Below are positions 12,601 to 25,327 of a stretch of DNA of 64,000 nt, piece after piece; position 1 is the stretch's first letter, and each line of letters starts with the position of its first letter. A model generated the notes under the pieces. The model did not search any database and was not told the origin of the DNA. It was given only the letters and a program-made list of their open reading frames with translations. The translations under genes and the position numbers were made by a program. This stretch comes from Oculina patagonica (lineage: Eukaryota): assembly GCF_052425735.1 (NCBI RefSeq), contig NC_135761.1:13392001-13456000 (forward strand), in the 5' to 3' direction.

Positions 12601-15600
12601 GCCAAAAAGCCTAACAATTCCATGAGTAACAAAATATGGCACATTCAAAGATTCGAGAAACAATTTTTGATCCTTATTCAACCGACTCTTTGGATCAAAT
12701 ATACTGAAAGTTTGTTAGCGAAACACGTATTACCTTGCATTGTATGACAAAGTTCACGCTTTTGTTTATTACTCATCGTAAGATGCAAACGATTTCCACT
12801 TGTTTTCACGACGTTCAGTCCCTGAAAACTCTTCGTCCCTTAATGATACGCCTGTTGTGCTTTCCACGTCATTTTCGGTATCATTCCAATTTGAGGTACA
12901 CGTATCAGCCATTTCTTCGAGCAACAGGTGTTTCCTTTGATCACAGTGCGTTTATTTTTATCCTTTGCGGCACTGACTTTCGTTGCTCATTTTTGAGCGT
13001 TCCGGCAATCCTTTGCGAGCATTAGGGCGATCCTTTGCGAGCATTTGGGCAATCCTTTGCGAGCCGCTTTGACTAAAATCGAGATTTTTTTCCGGTACCA
13101 TTCACTGAATGCACACATTTAACCTATCTACGCGAGGACTTCTAAGGTACCTCCTCGGGTCCGGCCTCTGGGTCGGAACCCTGCGGGGCAATAAATCACC
13201 TGTTAACTAGTAATAGTTCTCACTATAAAGCTGCCGCCGCCTTTTCATAATTTGTTATACAGCAATAGTCTAAGATTAGTAGTGTCTTTTTTCCGCCTTA
13301 AATTATTGATGCCGATGGACTACACAATTAGGCTTTCTTTTTTATTGTGCACTGACTTCCGTTGCTCCTTAACGAGTGTCCTGGCAATCCTTTGCCGGCA
13401 TTAGGGCAATCCTTTGCGAGCATTTGGGCAATCCTTTGCGAGCCGCTTTGACCAAAATCGAGATTTTTTCCGGTACCATTCACTGAATGCACTCATTTTA
13501 TTTACCTACGTGGGGACTTCTAAGGTGTCTCCTCGGGTTCCGGCCTCAGGGCTGGAACCTTGCGGGGGCAATAAACACAAAAAGACCTCATTGTTATTTC
13601 AATTACTATTTAATTAATATTGTTGTTAATAAGGTATAAAAAACATTTTTGCACAAAACGTTTACATTGTGAATCAGAGTTTTAAATCTTCCTACTTACT
13701 TTATCATACTCTATTATTCACTGCAAGTGCAATTTAGAAATCTTCAAATTCATCAGCAGCTGCTATTAATGGAGCATCAAAGGCCATATATTTGGCAATC
13801 TATGAAAGAATTTGGATTCTTTTCCGAAGGTCTTACAAGAGTCCTCGGTTAAACTGCGGTGGTGGTGCAGCCGTATTTTGTTAAAAAAAAATAAGAAAAC
13901 TGTTATTTTTAAAATATTGCCTTAATTTCATAATTTGCCCTGCAGGTATTGAGAGTAATCAAATGGCAGTTGACATTCCTCACGGTTTAGAAGTGGGTTC
14001 CATGGTGGAGGTACCTATGGCAGAAGGCTTTCCCAGGTATGGCGTCATTCGCTGGCTTGGAAATCTTCCACAGCTTAAGGATAAGCTGATTGCAGGTCTG
14101 GAATTGGTAAGAATAAATGATGATGACGATGATGATAATGAGAGGACGGAACTTGAGAATAAAAGGTGCGGGAACTCTGTGGGAGGCTGGAGAAGAGAGG
14201 GGAGTAAGTGATATTCCCAAGTTGGTGGGAACTGGTAGAAATTCTTTTAACATTGCATTATTTTTTGCAATAGAAATAGCACAAAGAGAAAGAGGCAGGA
14301 ACCAGGTGTAAAAACAGGCCTGTTCTCTGGTCTCGTAGAGCAGAGTGCTACAGGCATGAGCTTATATGGGTGTCCAGGGTTATCCTAGCCAAGGAAATTT
14401 TACAAATTTAGGCTTTCTGAGACAGCATTTTGTGCATTTTGAAGGAAAGTTGAAATAAAAACAGGCAGAGAAAGCGAATGTAAAAATATTAATATTACAT
14501 GGAACTTGAAAAACAGAAACTTTATTCATCTCAGGTACTAACTTGATGAATAGAACTGAAGGTCGAGTTGTGCCATAACTTTATGAACCCATTACCTTGT
14601 TCCTGAAGCATAAAAAGGGCTGTAAATGTCGATGATTTTACTCAATTTCCATGCTGAGTTTTTACAGTACGCATGGTTCAGTACGGTAGTGTATATTTTT
14701 GTAGCGTCTATTTTTACGGAAACACTTACCAGTTTTCATTACCATTGGTTTCCTTTAAGCTACTAATTTGAGTACTTCTAACCATCCACTTTCAATCTGC
14801 AACAAAAAGCCTTGTGCTCACTCACTCATCCACCCACTTACAGTTTCAAGATAAAATAATGTTACTTACTTTATAGGAAAATGAGCTGGCTTCGGGCTCA
14901 AATGGGATATTTGGTGGAGAGAGGTACTTCACCTGCCCTGCAGGAAAAGGTTTCTTTACTTTACTGGAACACTGCCGACCAGATTCCCGCCTTGTTTCCG
15001 ACGCACAAGCGAGTGATGCAAGTTGTGCACAAGGTAAATTGTATTTCCTAAGTCTTCGTCCAGCTAAGCAGACAAAGCCTTTTCACTACAAAACACGTGT
15101 TTCTTGAAAGGTATCCAAGTCTGGTAGATATTGGTATAGAGACTTCCCAGTCTTCGCATTGTTGTATACTTTAGTAGATACATGACCTTCTGACTTTCAC
15201 TCGTTGCGTTTCGTTCAATAGTAATCTCAAATGACCGGATTCGCAATTACTTTTTTACCACCTGAGTGGAAATCCACGAAAGCTAATCGAACAAGGTGAA
15301 CAGAAACAACACACGCTTTACTACCAAATAGAAATGCTCAAAAATCGGCGGATTAAGCTCCAACAATCCTAGTGGTAATACGTCGGCATTCTTCACGATT
15401 TTCTTCCTTGTATTTTTGGAAAACTTCGTTGTATTGGGTCTTGCTCCGTAAACTTCGAAAGACTTCAGATGATCGTCGGACGATATTATATCGAACGTTG
15501 ATATTTGCTACATTTGCGCTTGCGGTGGTGTAAGTTATTTAATTTAGCGTTGATTTTTATTATCTTTACGGTTGATATTTTATATTTTTCTAACATTCAA

Positions 15601-18576
15601 GGTTGGTTACATTAAACGTTATTATGGCATTAATACCTGGATAGAGTGCGTGATCATTAAACGAAAGGCGCTGTTGGGCACTAATTTCACAAGGTACTGA
15701 ACACCACATTATTAAATATTTGAAGGTGATCACTTCAGAAGCACCCCTCCCAACAGTAGCATTAAAGACAATGGACCAATCACAAAGTGGCCAGGTTTCT
15801 CCAATGCGGAATTTAGAAGTCAAGATACTACAAGAAAGATGTCATATCCTGATTATGTCCACTTTGAGAAGGATGACTATGAAAATGTTATGGATAAACA
15901 TGGAAGCAGCAGTGGTATGTATTACAAACACCCTCAACTGGTTTGCTTTTTAAGTTGGAGAAACGCACATGTTTTTCCACGTACAACTCCTTCCACCTGG
16001 CGCGACATTAAAAAAATAAAAACCGGAGCTTGACAAAAACTCAGACGTGACTGGCATCTTGCTCGAACAAATTTAAGTTTCCAATGTTATAATGAACTGA
16101 AGAGATACGGTGACAACGGTTTTTCTTGTCTAACACATCTTTCGGCTTTGAACAATGTCCTTAAAACGCCTTTAATCAAAATTAAAGAAAATTGGCGTTT
16201 TAAACAAAAAATTCCGACTTAAGGTGTGGAATGCTTTTCCAAGGTCGCTTGCAACTAATGACCCAGGTATAACAATACATATCATTGATTAAAAATCGTA
16301 GTCAAATTAATTCTTTTTCGCAACATCTTAACACTGTATCTGTCTTAAGAAACGTGGTTACACGAATTGCTAAGAGAGGACTGGTGGACAGGGTGCGTTT
16401 CTTTGAGATGATCCGGACCAGAATGTAAACCTATTTTAACGTTGCGAAATTCAAATATTTTGTTAACAGTGTATAGAGAGAAGGATCTAAACGAAAACTC
16501 ACAACGACGATTGAGTGAAATGGAGCAGCATTTGACAAATGTTCAAAGACAGTTGCAAGAAAAAGAGTTACAAGCAGCTAAGTTGCATGGGCAGGTGAGG
16601 GAGAAATGTCAACAAGAAGAAAACTTACAAAGACAGTTAAGGGCGATGGAACAGCAGGTGACAAGAATGGTACAGCGAGTGACAAGAATGGGACAGCAAG
16701 TGACAAGAATGGAACAAGAACTGAGAGAGAAAAACCTTGAAATAGAAAACTCAGAAAGACTATCGAGGGAAAAGGTACAGCAGTTAACAGATTTTCAAGT
16801 TCAACTGGGTGAAAAGGATTTGCAAGAGGCCCGCTTGCATGAGCAGCTGAGGGAGAAAGAACAGCAGCTCAGAGAGAGTGATGAACACGGAGAAACTTTA
16901 CAAAGACAACTAAGGGAGCTGGAACAACAGGGAGCAAGAATGGAACAAGAAATGAGAGAGAAAGACGAACAGAAGGAGAACTTACAGCGACAACTAAGGG
17001 AGCTGGAACAACAGTTGACAAACTCACAAAGACATTTAATAGATCAAGAACAGGAATCAGCTCATTTACAACAACAAGTTGTAACACTAGAAGAAGAGCT
17101 GAGAGCAAAACACCAGGATTTAAATGAAATGGAGATAACATTGTCAACAGTTCGGCAAGCACTGACTGAACGTCAGCGTCAACAGACCCCTGACTGGGTC
17201 ATTTCACGTGATCAAATTCAGCTGACAGACAAATTCCTTGGTAGGGGAGGCTGGGGAAGTGTTGTACAGGGCAAGTATTGCGGCTGTGTTGTAGCTGTGA
17301 AGCAAATCCATGAGTTGATTCTATCTCCTCACAACCGGATTTTGTTTGAACGAGAAATGGACATTGCTTCAAGATGCCGCCATCCATGTTTGCTGCAGTT
17401 TATTGGAGCGACGAACGATGAGGGAAGTCCTTTGTTTCTAACAGAGCTTATGGAATCAAGTTTGCGAGTATTGCTAGAGCAGCGACCTCTCGCCGCAACA
17501 GAAGTCTTAGTTATTTCTCTTGATGTGGCACGAGCGTTAAGCTATCTTCACAAAAAAACACCATCTCCAATCATTCACCGCGATATAAGCAGTGCTAATG
17601 TGTTGCTATGGCGACAGGGTGACCAATGGCGAGGCAAAGTGTCAGATTATGGCACTGCTAATTTCATGCAACAGACCATGACAGTTGCCCCTGGAGCTAT
17701 GATTTACATCGCACCTGAAGCACTCACTTCAAATCAAACAGTCAAGGTTAGCTATTGCCTATTTTAAGACATTCCATAAGTTTGCCATGTTTCAGTTCGG
17801 TTATGTGCACACAGTAGCAACAAAATGAAATATCCGCTCGATGACTCAAATGATAAAAAAGGGTAAAAAAAATGATGATGATGATGATGATGAGTAAGAC
17901 TTGTACTAGAATAGAAGATATAAACATTAACCTCCATTTGGCGCAAAAATATGCACGGATTCTTACACAGACATATATAATCTGTTCCGTATAGCAAACA
18001 CTGCGTTTTCCGAGGAATACATGTGACAATGCAGGAAAATAATTTTTTGAGGAGAAACGTAAAGAAATACCACGTTTAATCTTCTCGCTGAAAAAAGCTC
18101 TCTCAGTTATCGAAATCTCATTTGACTTATTTTTTTAGATATCAGGAATTTTTTCACTGACCAATAGGATGAATCTAGGAAAGGTGCACACTGTATAGTT
18201 ATCGGATAAAGTGAGGAAAATAGTTTAAATGGCAATAGCAATAGCAATAGCAAATGGAGGTCACTGTGTTTATCCGTTACTGTTGTTGTTGCAAAAGCAA
18301 ACTTAAAACGCTAGCCTGTTGGAAGTAAATATCTCCAGTGTGATATTGTAACTTTCTTGAAATGTTTGTTTTCTCTAGGTCGATGTGTACAGTTTTGGTG
18401 TTCTTCTCTGTGAAATGTGCATCCGGGAACTGCCCGATCCTGAAAGGCGTGATCAACAAATTGCAATGGTAGAAAACCGCCTGCTTCGAGCCCTGGTGCG
18501 GAGATGTGTGCAAACAGAGCCTGGGGCGAGACCAAATATGGAAGAGATTATTGAGGAACTTGAAGAACCAATCTAA
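9221..18576 (+). CDS. Spliced gene: 2x CYLD-type CAP-Gly + coiled coil + TKL-group protein kinase (~760 aa)
   Basis: Exons 9221-9364, 10242-10398, 13946-14106, 14877-15033, 15726-15914, 16470-17746 and 18379-18576. All introns are GT-AG with compatible phases (0,1,0,1,1,0). Total 2283 nt with no internal stop; AATAAA at ~18712. The start ATG is inferred. Confidence 0.8.
10242..10398 (+). CDS. Kinase gene exon: CAP-Gly repeat 1, C-half
   Basis: tttatag acceptor, [38 protein letters not shown]...AQ, gtaaat donor. Confidence 0.85.
10975..12230 (+). mobile_element. 5'-truncated L1/Tx1-like LINE (ORF2 C-terminus with zf-RVT-like CCHC)
   Basis: ORF 10992-11936 has [17 protein letters not shown] and CSFC...[10 protein letters not shown], followed by an A-rich 3' end near 12225. 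Confidence 0.82.
12264..13575. repeat. Two tandem copies of a Helitron/Helentron-like repeat
   Basis: Units begin ACTAGTAATAG (12264, 13206) and end with a GC-rich hairpin plus GGCAATAAA; internal GGCAATCCTTTGCGAGCATT repeats. Confidence 0.55.
13946..14106 (+). CDS. Kinase gene exon: CAP-Gly repeat 2, N-half
   Basis: ctgcag acceptor, [53 protein letters not shown], gtaaga donor. Confidence 0.85.
14877..15033 (+). CDS. Kinase gene exon: CAP-Gly repeat 2, C-half
   Basis: tttatag acceptor, [38 protein letters not shown]...AQ, gtaaat donor. Not present in the ORF track. Confidence 0.85.
15726..15914 (+). CDS. Kinase gene linker exon (phase 1-1, 63 codons)
   Basis: tgaag acceptor and gtatgt donor. 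Open frame [62 protein letters not shown]. No homology support. Confidence 0.6.
16470..17746 (+). CDS. Kinase gene exon: coiled coil + kinase subdomains I-VIII
   Basis: ORF 16442-17767 has Q/E/R heptad repeats, then [32 protein letters not shown] and APE. Acceptor aacag ends 16469; donor gttagc at 17747. Confidence 0.92.
18379..18576 (+). CDS. Kinase gene last exon (subdomains IX-XI)
   Basis: ctctag acceptor, [13 protein letters not shown]...[24 protein letters not shown], stop. Confidence 0.92.
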   Translation, partial: VDVYSFGVLLCEMCIRELPDPERRDQQIAMVENRLLRALVRRCVQTEPGARPNMEEIIEELEEPI

Positions 18577-19639
18577 TGTCATGTCATAGTTACATTATCG
18601 TGTTCAAAGTACGTGTTAGTTTTAGGGAATTAGTTTCCTCACCAATTCACATAACGGTAATGCTTTTTTTCAAAATAGCTGGACCCTTAAGGTTGTTATC
18701 AAAAAAAATAGAATAAAATATGTGTATGTTCTAATTGTAGATATAGACGACGTAACTGAATCGTTCTTCGAACTGTACCGGGGTCTCAAAGGGGGAGGTT
18801 GCCGGGGTGGGGGTGTTGATCGAGCCCAGGAGCCCTGATTTACGCTGCGGAGCCTGGATCCCTAATCATTTTGCTGCTTGGAGCCCGACTACCGTTAGCT
18901 GCGGAGCCAGGAAACTGGCTCTTTGGGGCTCGGAGCCATGGAGCTCTGAACTCCTCGGGACCCTGTGCAAGAAATTTTATGCTCTTCACATCTCTCGGGG
19001 AGACCATTCATTTCTTCTTTCACTTATTGTACGGAGGACTAATCCAAAAATCCGTAATATGAGTTTTCGAAATAAGGCAGACTTGAAACGTTAAAGCACA
19101 ATTTGTTCCTGATAAAAAGGGCCTTTTTCATCTTGTATTACACAAAAATAGTACTTTAGTAGTTACGAGAGTGGAGTGCCTTATTGAAGTACTCAAAGAG
19201 AATTTTATAGAGTTTTGTAGTAATACTGTGAAAAGACGTTTTCTTTTCATACATTACGATTTTTATACAATAGTTTTTGTACAACAATGAAATTTGCGAT
19301 AAAGATTGAGACTCAGAATTTGAGAGTATTAGGATTGGTAAGCAAAATACTGAATTATATTTTCCTAGACGTCAATAATATACTGTACAGTTTTTGAGTA
19401 ACGTTATCTGTTGTTACTATAGAACTAGATACGCAATGTGTTATGTTGGAAATCCACCAACCTGGTTGGATCTTTCATTTTTTTTTTTCGATTCGCTGAG
19501 GACCAGGAGCTCCTGCTGAGGACATAAAGAATATTCGTGATTTTTGGCTTAAAAATACATGAAATTGTAGCTTATGGACTCGTCCTCGTTTTCTATCAGG
19601 GCTGTTCTCTAAGGGCGCCCGGGTGCCTCAGGCGACTAA

Positions 19640-20484
19640 AGCCCCATTTACACTGCAGAAAACGTTTGGCACGGCTCGGATAAAATTGGTACCCGTACCA
19701 AAAAAAATAGCACTGATACCCTGTTTACACGTACTTTTTTCTACCGTGCTAAACTGCGCTAAATAATGTTTTGGTGCGAGTAAAAGGCTCAAAACCTTGG
19801 CCAGCGAACGCGATTCTGCCTTAGTTCGCATGCCGCTATTTCATTTAAACTTCACATACGAGTCGCGCATCTTTTCGCCTTGTTCCCAGAAGACTAGAAA
19901 ATGGCAGCAGTGATGGCTTGTACCTCCTCTATTAACGACGACGATTATTTATTTGTATTATTATTTTATTCTCCTCGCATATTTGTATCAACTCCTTACA
20001 TCATGTTCTTCCAAGGCAGAATTTCAGCTTTCGACTCTGGACACTAACGATCACGAACTCAGGAGAAAGCGACCAAAGAAGACTGCTGAAAGTCACGCTA
20101 GTTCTTTCATGAATGTTCATGAGATTTTCTTACAACTTTTTTTCTTAAAATACATGTCTAACACTCCGCCATGTCGATCGATTGGAATTTTTTGCAAATT
20201 TATTGAACGAAGTTTCATAAAAAAAGGAGTTAGTTTAGCACGGCTAATCGTTTACACTACACATTTTGTTCGAGCCGAGTTAGATTTTCAGAAACGCGTA
20301 CCAATTTTATTCGTGCTCGGACTACCTCGCGACTAGGTCCGAGCACGCGTAAAATTTTGGTTCGGCACAGGTGAGGCAAAGTCGTTTATACGGCAAAATT
20401 TATCCGTGCCGAACCATTTTTTTCTGTACGCGTACCATTTTTACCCGAGCCGTGCCAGAAATTCTCTGTCGTGTAAATGGGGCT
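19640..20484. mobile_element. PIF/Harbinger-type MITE
   Basis: TIR AGCCCCATTTACAC...GTGTAAATGGGGCT with TAA/TTA flanks. Similar small elements at ~22534-22845, ~25488-25703 and ~25792-25926. Confidence 0.72.
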
Positions 20485-23400
20485 TTACTTTTGTCTTTGG
20501 GCGACCAGATAATCTTATTCCTTTCATATAAGCTTTATGCTGGGCACCTTGGATCTCATAGTTTGGAACCTTTGGGCTCCTTGTAATTTTTCTTAGAGCA
20601 CAGTCTTGTCTATGAGCGATTGAATATTCGGGTTCATAGTCCACAACAACAACAACAACAACTTTATTGGCACCCTTAATTAATTTAAATTTACAAAACA
20701 GACAAGAATAAAGTAAAATTAAGTAAATGTGAAATGAGTATAGATAATTGTAGGTAGCTGGGAATGTAGGGTGACTTATTGAAGTTCACAAAGAGATATT
20801 CTATAATACGAGTTTATATAGAGCCCTATAATAGGAAAAGAGTTATTTTATATACATTTTGACTTTTGCACAATGGCTCTTACAATTGAAACATTGAGAG
20901 TACGTAATCTCTTAGCGTTAAGGATAATGATAATGATAATGAATTTATATAGCGCATTTTTCATGTGTATATGTTCAAATGCGCTGAACACCTACTTTTT
21001 CACGTCTCAAAGGCCAGACCACAACACCGGGAACTTCGTGCCATACTCTTTTCGAATAGTGTGTGGGTTCTTTTAAGAACCCACACACTATTCGAAAAGA
21101 GTACAGGAGACGGGTCCTACGGTTTATCGTCCTTATCCGAGAAGACTAGAATGTCTAACCATTTTCAGATGTAATTACAAAGGCAGCACATTCTCCTCAG
21201 TTATCGGGATCGTTATTGGGATTGAAAAGTAATGAACTGAAATGCATTTTTCCAGGCATTAGTAATAGATCCTGTACTGAACAGCTTTTGTAATGACATT
21301 ATATTAGTAGTAAGTAAATATATCGAATACTTTTGTATGAGATTTGGTTTGTAGAATGTGCAAAAGTTTATTTTTGTCATTCGTTAATCAGTTTTGTTAC
21401 ACCATAATGTTACACCATTATGAAAAGGTAGTCAATCTACTATACTTTAACATATCAAAAAATGAACACCAAGAGTCAATCTAGATTTCAAGAAAATCAA
21501 GCTTGTTTAAGAACAAAAGAAAACGTCAATCGTTGCTATGGTAACCTTTGTGACAAAGTGACGGATAAAAAATTAAAATTTGGTCATATTTGATCATTAT
21601 GGTGTATTTTGGCAAAAATCAAACATTGGCTTCCTAGATAAGTTTCATTTTCAAAACAACCACCCTTCGGCTAAAAAAAAGTAAATCGAGCCTCCTTAAG
21701 ACGTACGTTTTTGGCAAGCTTGTTGTCGTATTCTTTAGAAACGCTCATTACAAGCAGCCTTGTAATAAATCTCTGTTGATTGCTTCGTAAGTGAAGTTTA
21801 ATTTCTAAGAATGTGCATCGAGGTTGTTTACCATTTTGGCGACCTTCATATGAGATTAGCGGGTACTTCATCGGCGCCATTATCAGTATAAGAAATATTT
21901 CCCGTTTCAAAGAGATATTACATATGTTGAAATTAAGTAATCTGGCAGTTACAAAACACTGAGAAAGTTTAACTAGAACAGATGAAATGTTGTTTGACGG
22001 AAACATCTTACACTTTTGTTGCGTCAGCTTTATGTCAGCCCCACCCCTTCCTTCGATTATAAAGATAGTCGTGTAATGAAATGGTTACTACTGTGTACTC
22101 TTTAGTGTAGAATAGCTCATCGTGTATCTTTTGTGTTGATACATAAATAAACCTTACTGGATTTACAGTGAGTCATTTTGGTGGCCACAAAGGGACCGGT
22201 CATTATTTTAGAAGAGGGGAGGGCTTGTGCAAATGAGGGAGGCCGTTTTCATAACCCTCCCCTTTTTAAACACATTTTTTACTGACCCTACCCCCCCCCC
22301 CCCTTATCCACTCCCTTAAAGCCCCTTAATATGCGGGCATAGATTTATGTGACCCCTAGCCCGCTTTTTCCCCTGCATAAAAATTATTGACCCTTCCCCT
22401 GTTTACACCAGCCCTCGTCCCCTCTTAATAATGACTGGTCCCTAAGAAAGGAACGTTCATCTAACCTGTGTATGCTAACGAGTCTACTGGGAAACCTCAA
22501 GGTTGACAATTGGTCAAGTGTGTTAGTTAGTTAAGCTGTGTTCACACTAGGCTGAAACATGGTCAGTCTGATCACGAATGAAACATGTTTCGTTATGAAA
22601 AGTGTTCACATCAGGCAGTGCATTGCGCGAATCACGATCGAAACGTTTATTCTGAGCACGATTGAAACCGACCTCATGAGGTAGTTCCAATCATGATAAG
22701 ACTCAACTTCGTTCCCAGGGTCTCTCTCTCTCCGCCCCCAAGAGTGAGAGAGAGACCCTGGGAACGAGGTTGGATCACCCTGAACACGTTAGTCGTTGAA
22801 ACATGTTTATTCTAAACATATTTCGGGTTTAATGCGAACACAGCTTTAGTTAGTTCGAAAATGTCAACCAATTCGAGTTTCAATCTGATCAAGGACAACG
22901 AAATTATTAAAACCCACATATCGCTGAAGGGTCGTGTCCGTCATACTTATCTTTATATATCAATTTATCATGATATATCACGATTATACCGGTCACCAAC
23001 CTGATCGTGTGTTTTGTATAAGCTTGCAAAGTAGATCATTATTATACAATTAAACAGAACTTTACAAAAATATGTTCATTGTTGTTGTTTTTTCATGATC
23101 TTTTCCCACTTTGGGAGGCGCAGTGGCCTATAGCTATTCACCTCCGAGCAACGCGCGCGAGAAAATTGTAATCGTTGTAGGAATAAATTAGTCAAAAGTC
23201 TTCTGTGTTATATTATCTCACTGTTTTAGTATATACTAAAACAACTATTCACCTCAGTGTCGGTGGCTGGGGTGAATATTCACATCGCCGCTTCGTGGCT
23301 CGGTACATATCCACCACTAGCCACCTCCATTTCGTTGAATACTTGTTAACTATAACCAGGGTAGCAGAGCCAGATTGCATTTGTAACGCCCACTTATGGT

Positions 23401-24423
23401 TATAGACAGCGACACGAGGAAGAGGCGCGGGACACTTGGCGAAGAGAGTGGAAATTGGAACATTTTTGGCGCAATCTGGCAGTTTTTGTGCTAGCACAAT
23501 CCAACCCCCACCCCTTCTGAGAGACCACTCGCAGTGTAATATTTAGCAAGATTTATAGGATATTTTTTACTTTCCAACAATTAGTCAACAAAGCGTATTT
23601 AACAGCTAGAAAAACTGTGGGTATGCAGCGTTTTGGAAGACGTCACACGAATCTTGCCAACTTAGCTATATCGCAGGATATCTGATATGTACGGATGATG
23701 GGTATAAGCACTTCTTCCATATATCGCGCGAAATTGGTGAATAATAACGGAAAATATAAGGAAAATGTGATCTAAACCAGTGTAAACATTACCATTCTTA
23801 TATCAATTATCATTCACTTATTATCACATGATTTGTAGACCAGCTTTTATTAGACTGATATGATAAGTATAAGATTTTTATATATTTTTATTAAATATTT
23901 TACACAGTTTTAAATATTTGTAACTTGTCTTTTTTAGTATTTATTTATTTTGTGTCCCCAAATTAGTATAGGATTTTTTCCCAAGCTATGTGGTATTGAC
24001 TCGTTAATAAAGATTCTATCCTATATTCTATTCTATTGCGATATAGGAGCGACAACATCAGTTATCAGAAAGGCACAAAAACATAATTTCGATCATATTT
24101 ATGACCAAGTTTAGCTTAATTTTGATAAAATACGAGGAGCCACTTTTATGAGCGCAATCGAGCTATTAACCCGGCACACCATTGCTTATCTCAGCTGCTG
24201 CTTGTCTGCTGCTCAGTGTTCGTGTTGTTACCCACTCCTCCCTCCCATCCGACCCGCGCAAAACCACAACCGGGTCAAAATACCTTAAGTATGGTCACTT
24301 TGGAGTTTGGAATAAAAGTCTTTCTCGATGGAGCCGTAGGCGAGTTCCCATTAGCGCGTTCTCCGTTCTCCTCGCAGTTGTGTCCTTCATGCTAGACGTG
24401 TTTTCTGATCACTGCTTCCTTAA

Positions 24424-25327
24424 GGACGGTGCCTACTAATAACAAAGTTATTTTTCCTGGCCGAAGACTAAGCAAGAAATGTAGATGTTACCAAGGGCTA
24501 TTAAAATCCGAAAAGAAAATTGGGGGTAGCCACGCAAATTTTCGAGATAATTAGGTTTGAAAACTGGAAAAAAGTGCTGACGTGGCATTTTAAAAAAACC
24601 TAAAATAAAATAAAATTTTCTTGCAAATTCCAATTGAAATTGGTTTTTCGTGAACAAAATCAACATTAAATATAACAATCTTTAAAATAACTAACAAATG
24701 ATGTCTTTGAAACTGCGTGATCCACGATTTCATTAACAAAATAATTGCGTTTGAGCAATTTTTGACTCTAACAGCTCTCACTTGCACGGCCAGAAAATCG
24801 GCCTAATTTTTTTTTCACTCAGTCACAAATTAAACATGTGCTCTATAGTCTTTCCACTTCCATTTTATAAAATAAAAAGTAGGGGTCACCACGCGTTTTT
24901 AAAAGTTATACGTTTTTTTTTTTTTTCAAGTTCTATCGAATCGTTTTTGGAGTCTGTTACATTTTTCTTTCCCCTCCCTAGCGAGTAAAATATTTGCATC
25001 TCGCGCGCGCACGCCATACGGAGTAAGCAGTTTGCGAGTTACGTTTGAGCTCTTAGCGATTCGTTTTAAACTGTTAATGTGAGCCATTTTTAGAGGTCAA
25101 TAGTAACTAAAATGTTGCTTTTCCGCTGTACCTGGCTTAGTATATGCCCATAAACTGGATTTCGTCGCAGCTTAAATCTTTCTTGATTTTTAGTCGCGCG
25201 CTTGGTCGCGTAGTTGAATTCGTCATTCAACTGCGAGCAAATGAATTAAAAGCGCGCGCGTCCAGTGTGTTCGATGCATTGCGTGATCCGCAAAGAAAGT
25301 GCACAATAACAATAGGAGGCACCGTCC
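24424..25327. mobile_element. TTAA-target non-autonomous DNA transposon (Kolobok-like)
   Basis: TTAA|GGACGGTGCCTACTA...TAGGAGGCACCGTCC|TTAA. Confidence 0.8.
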
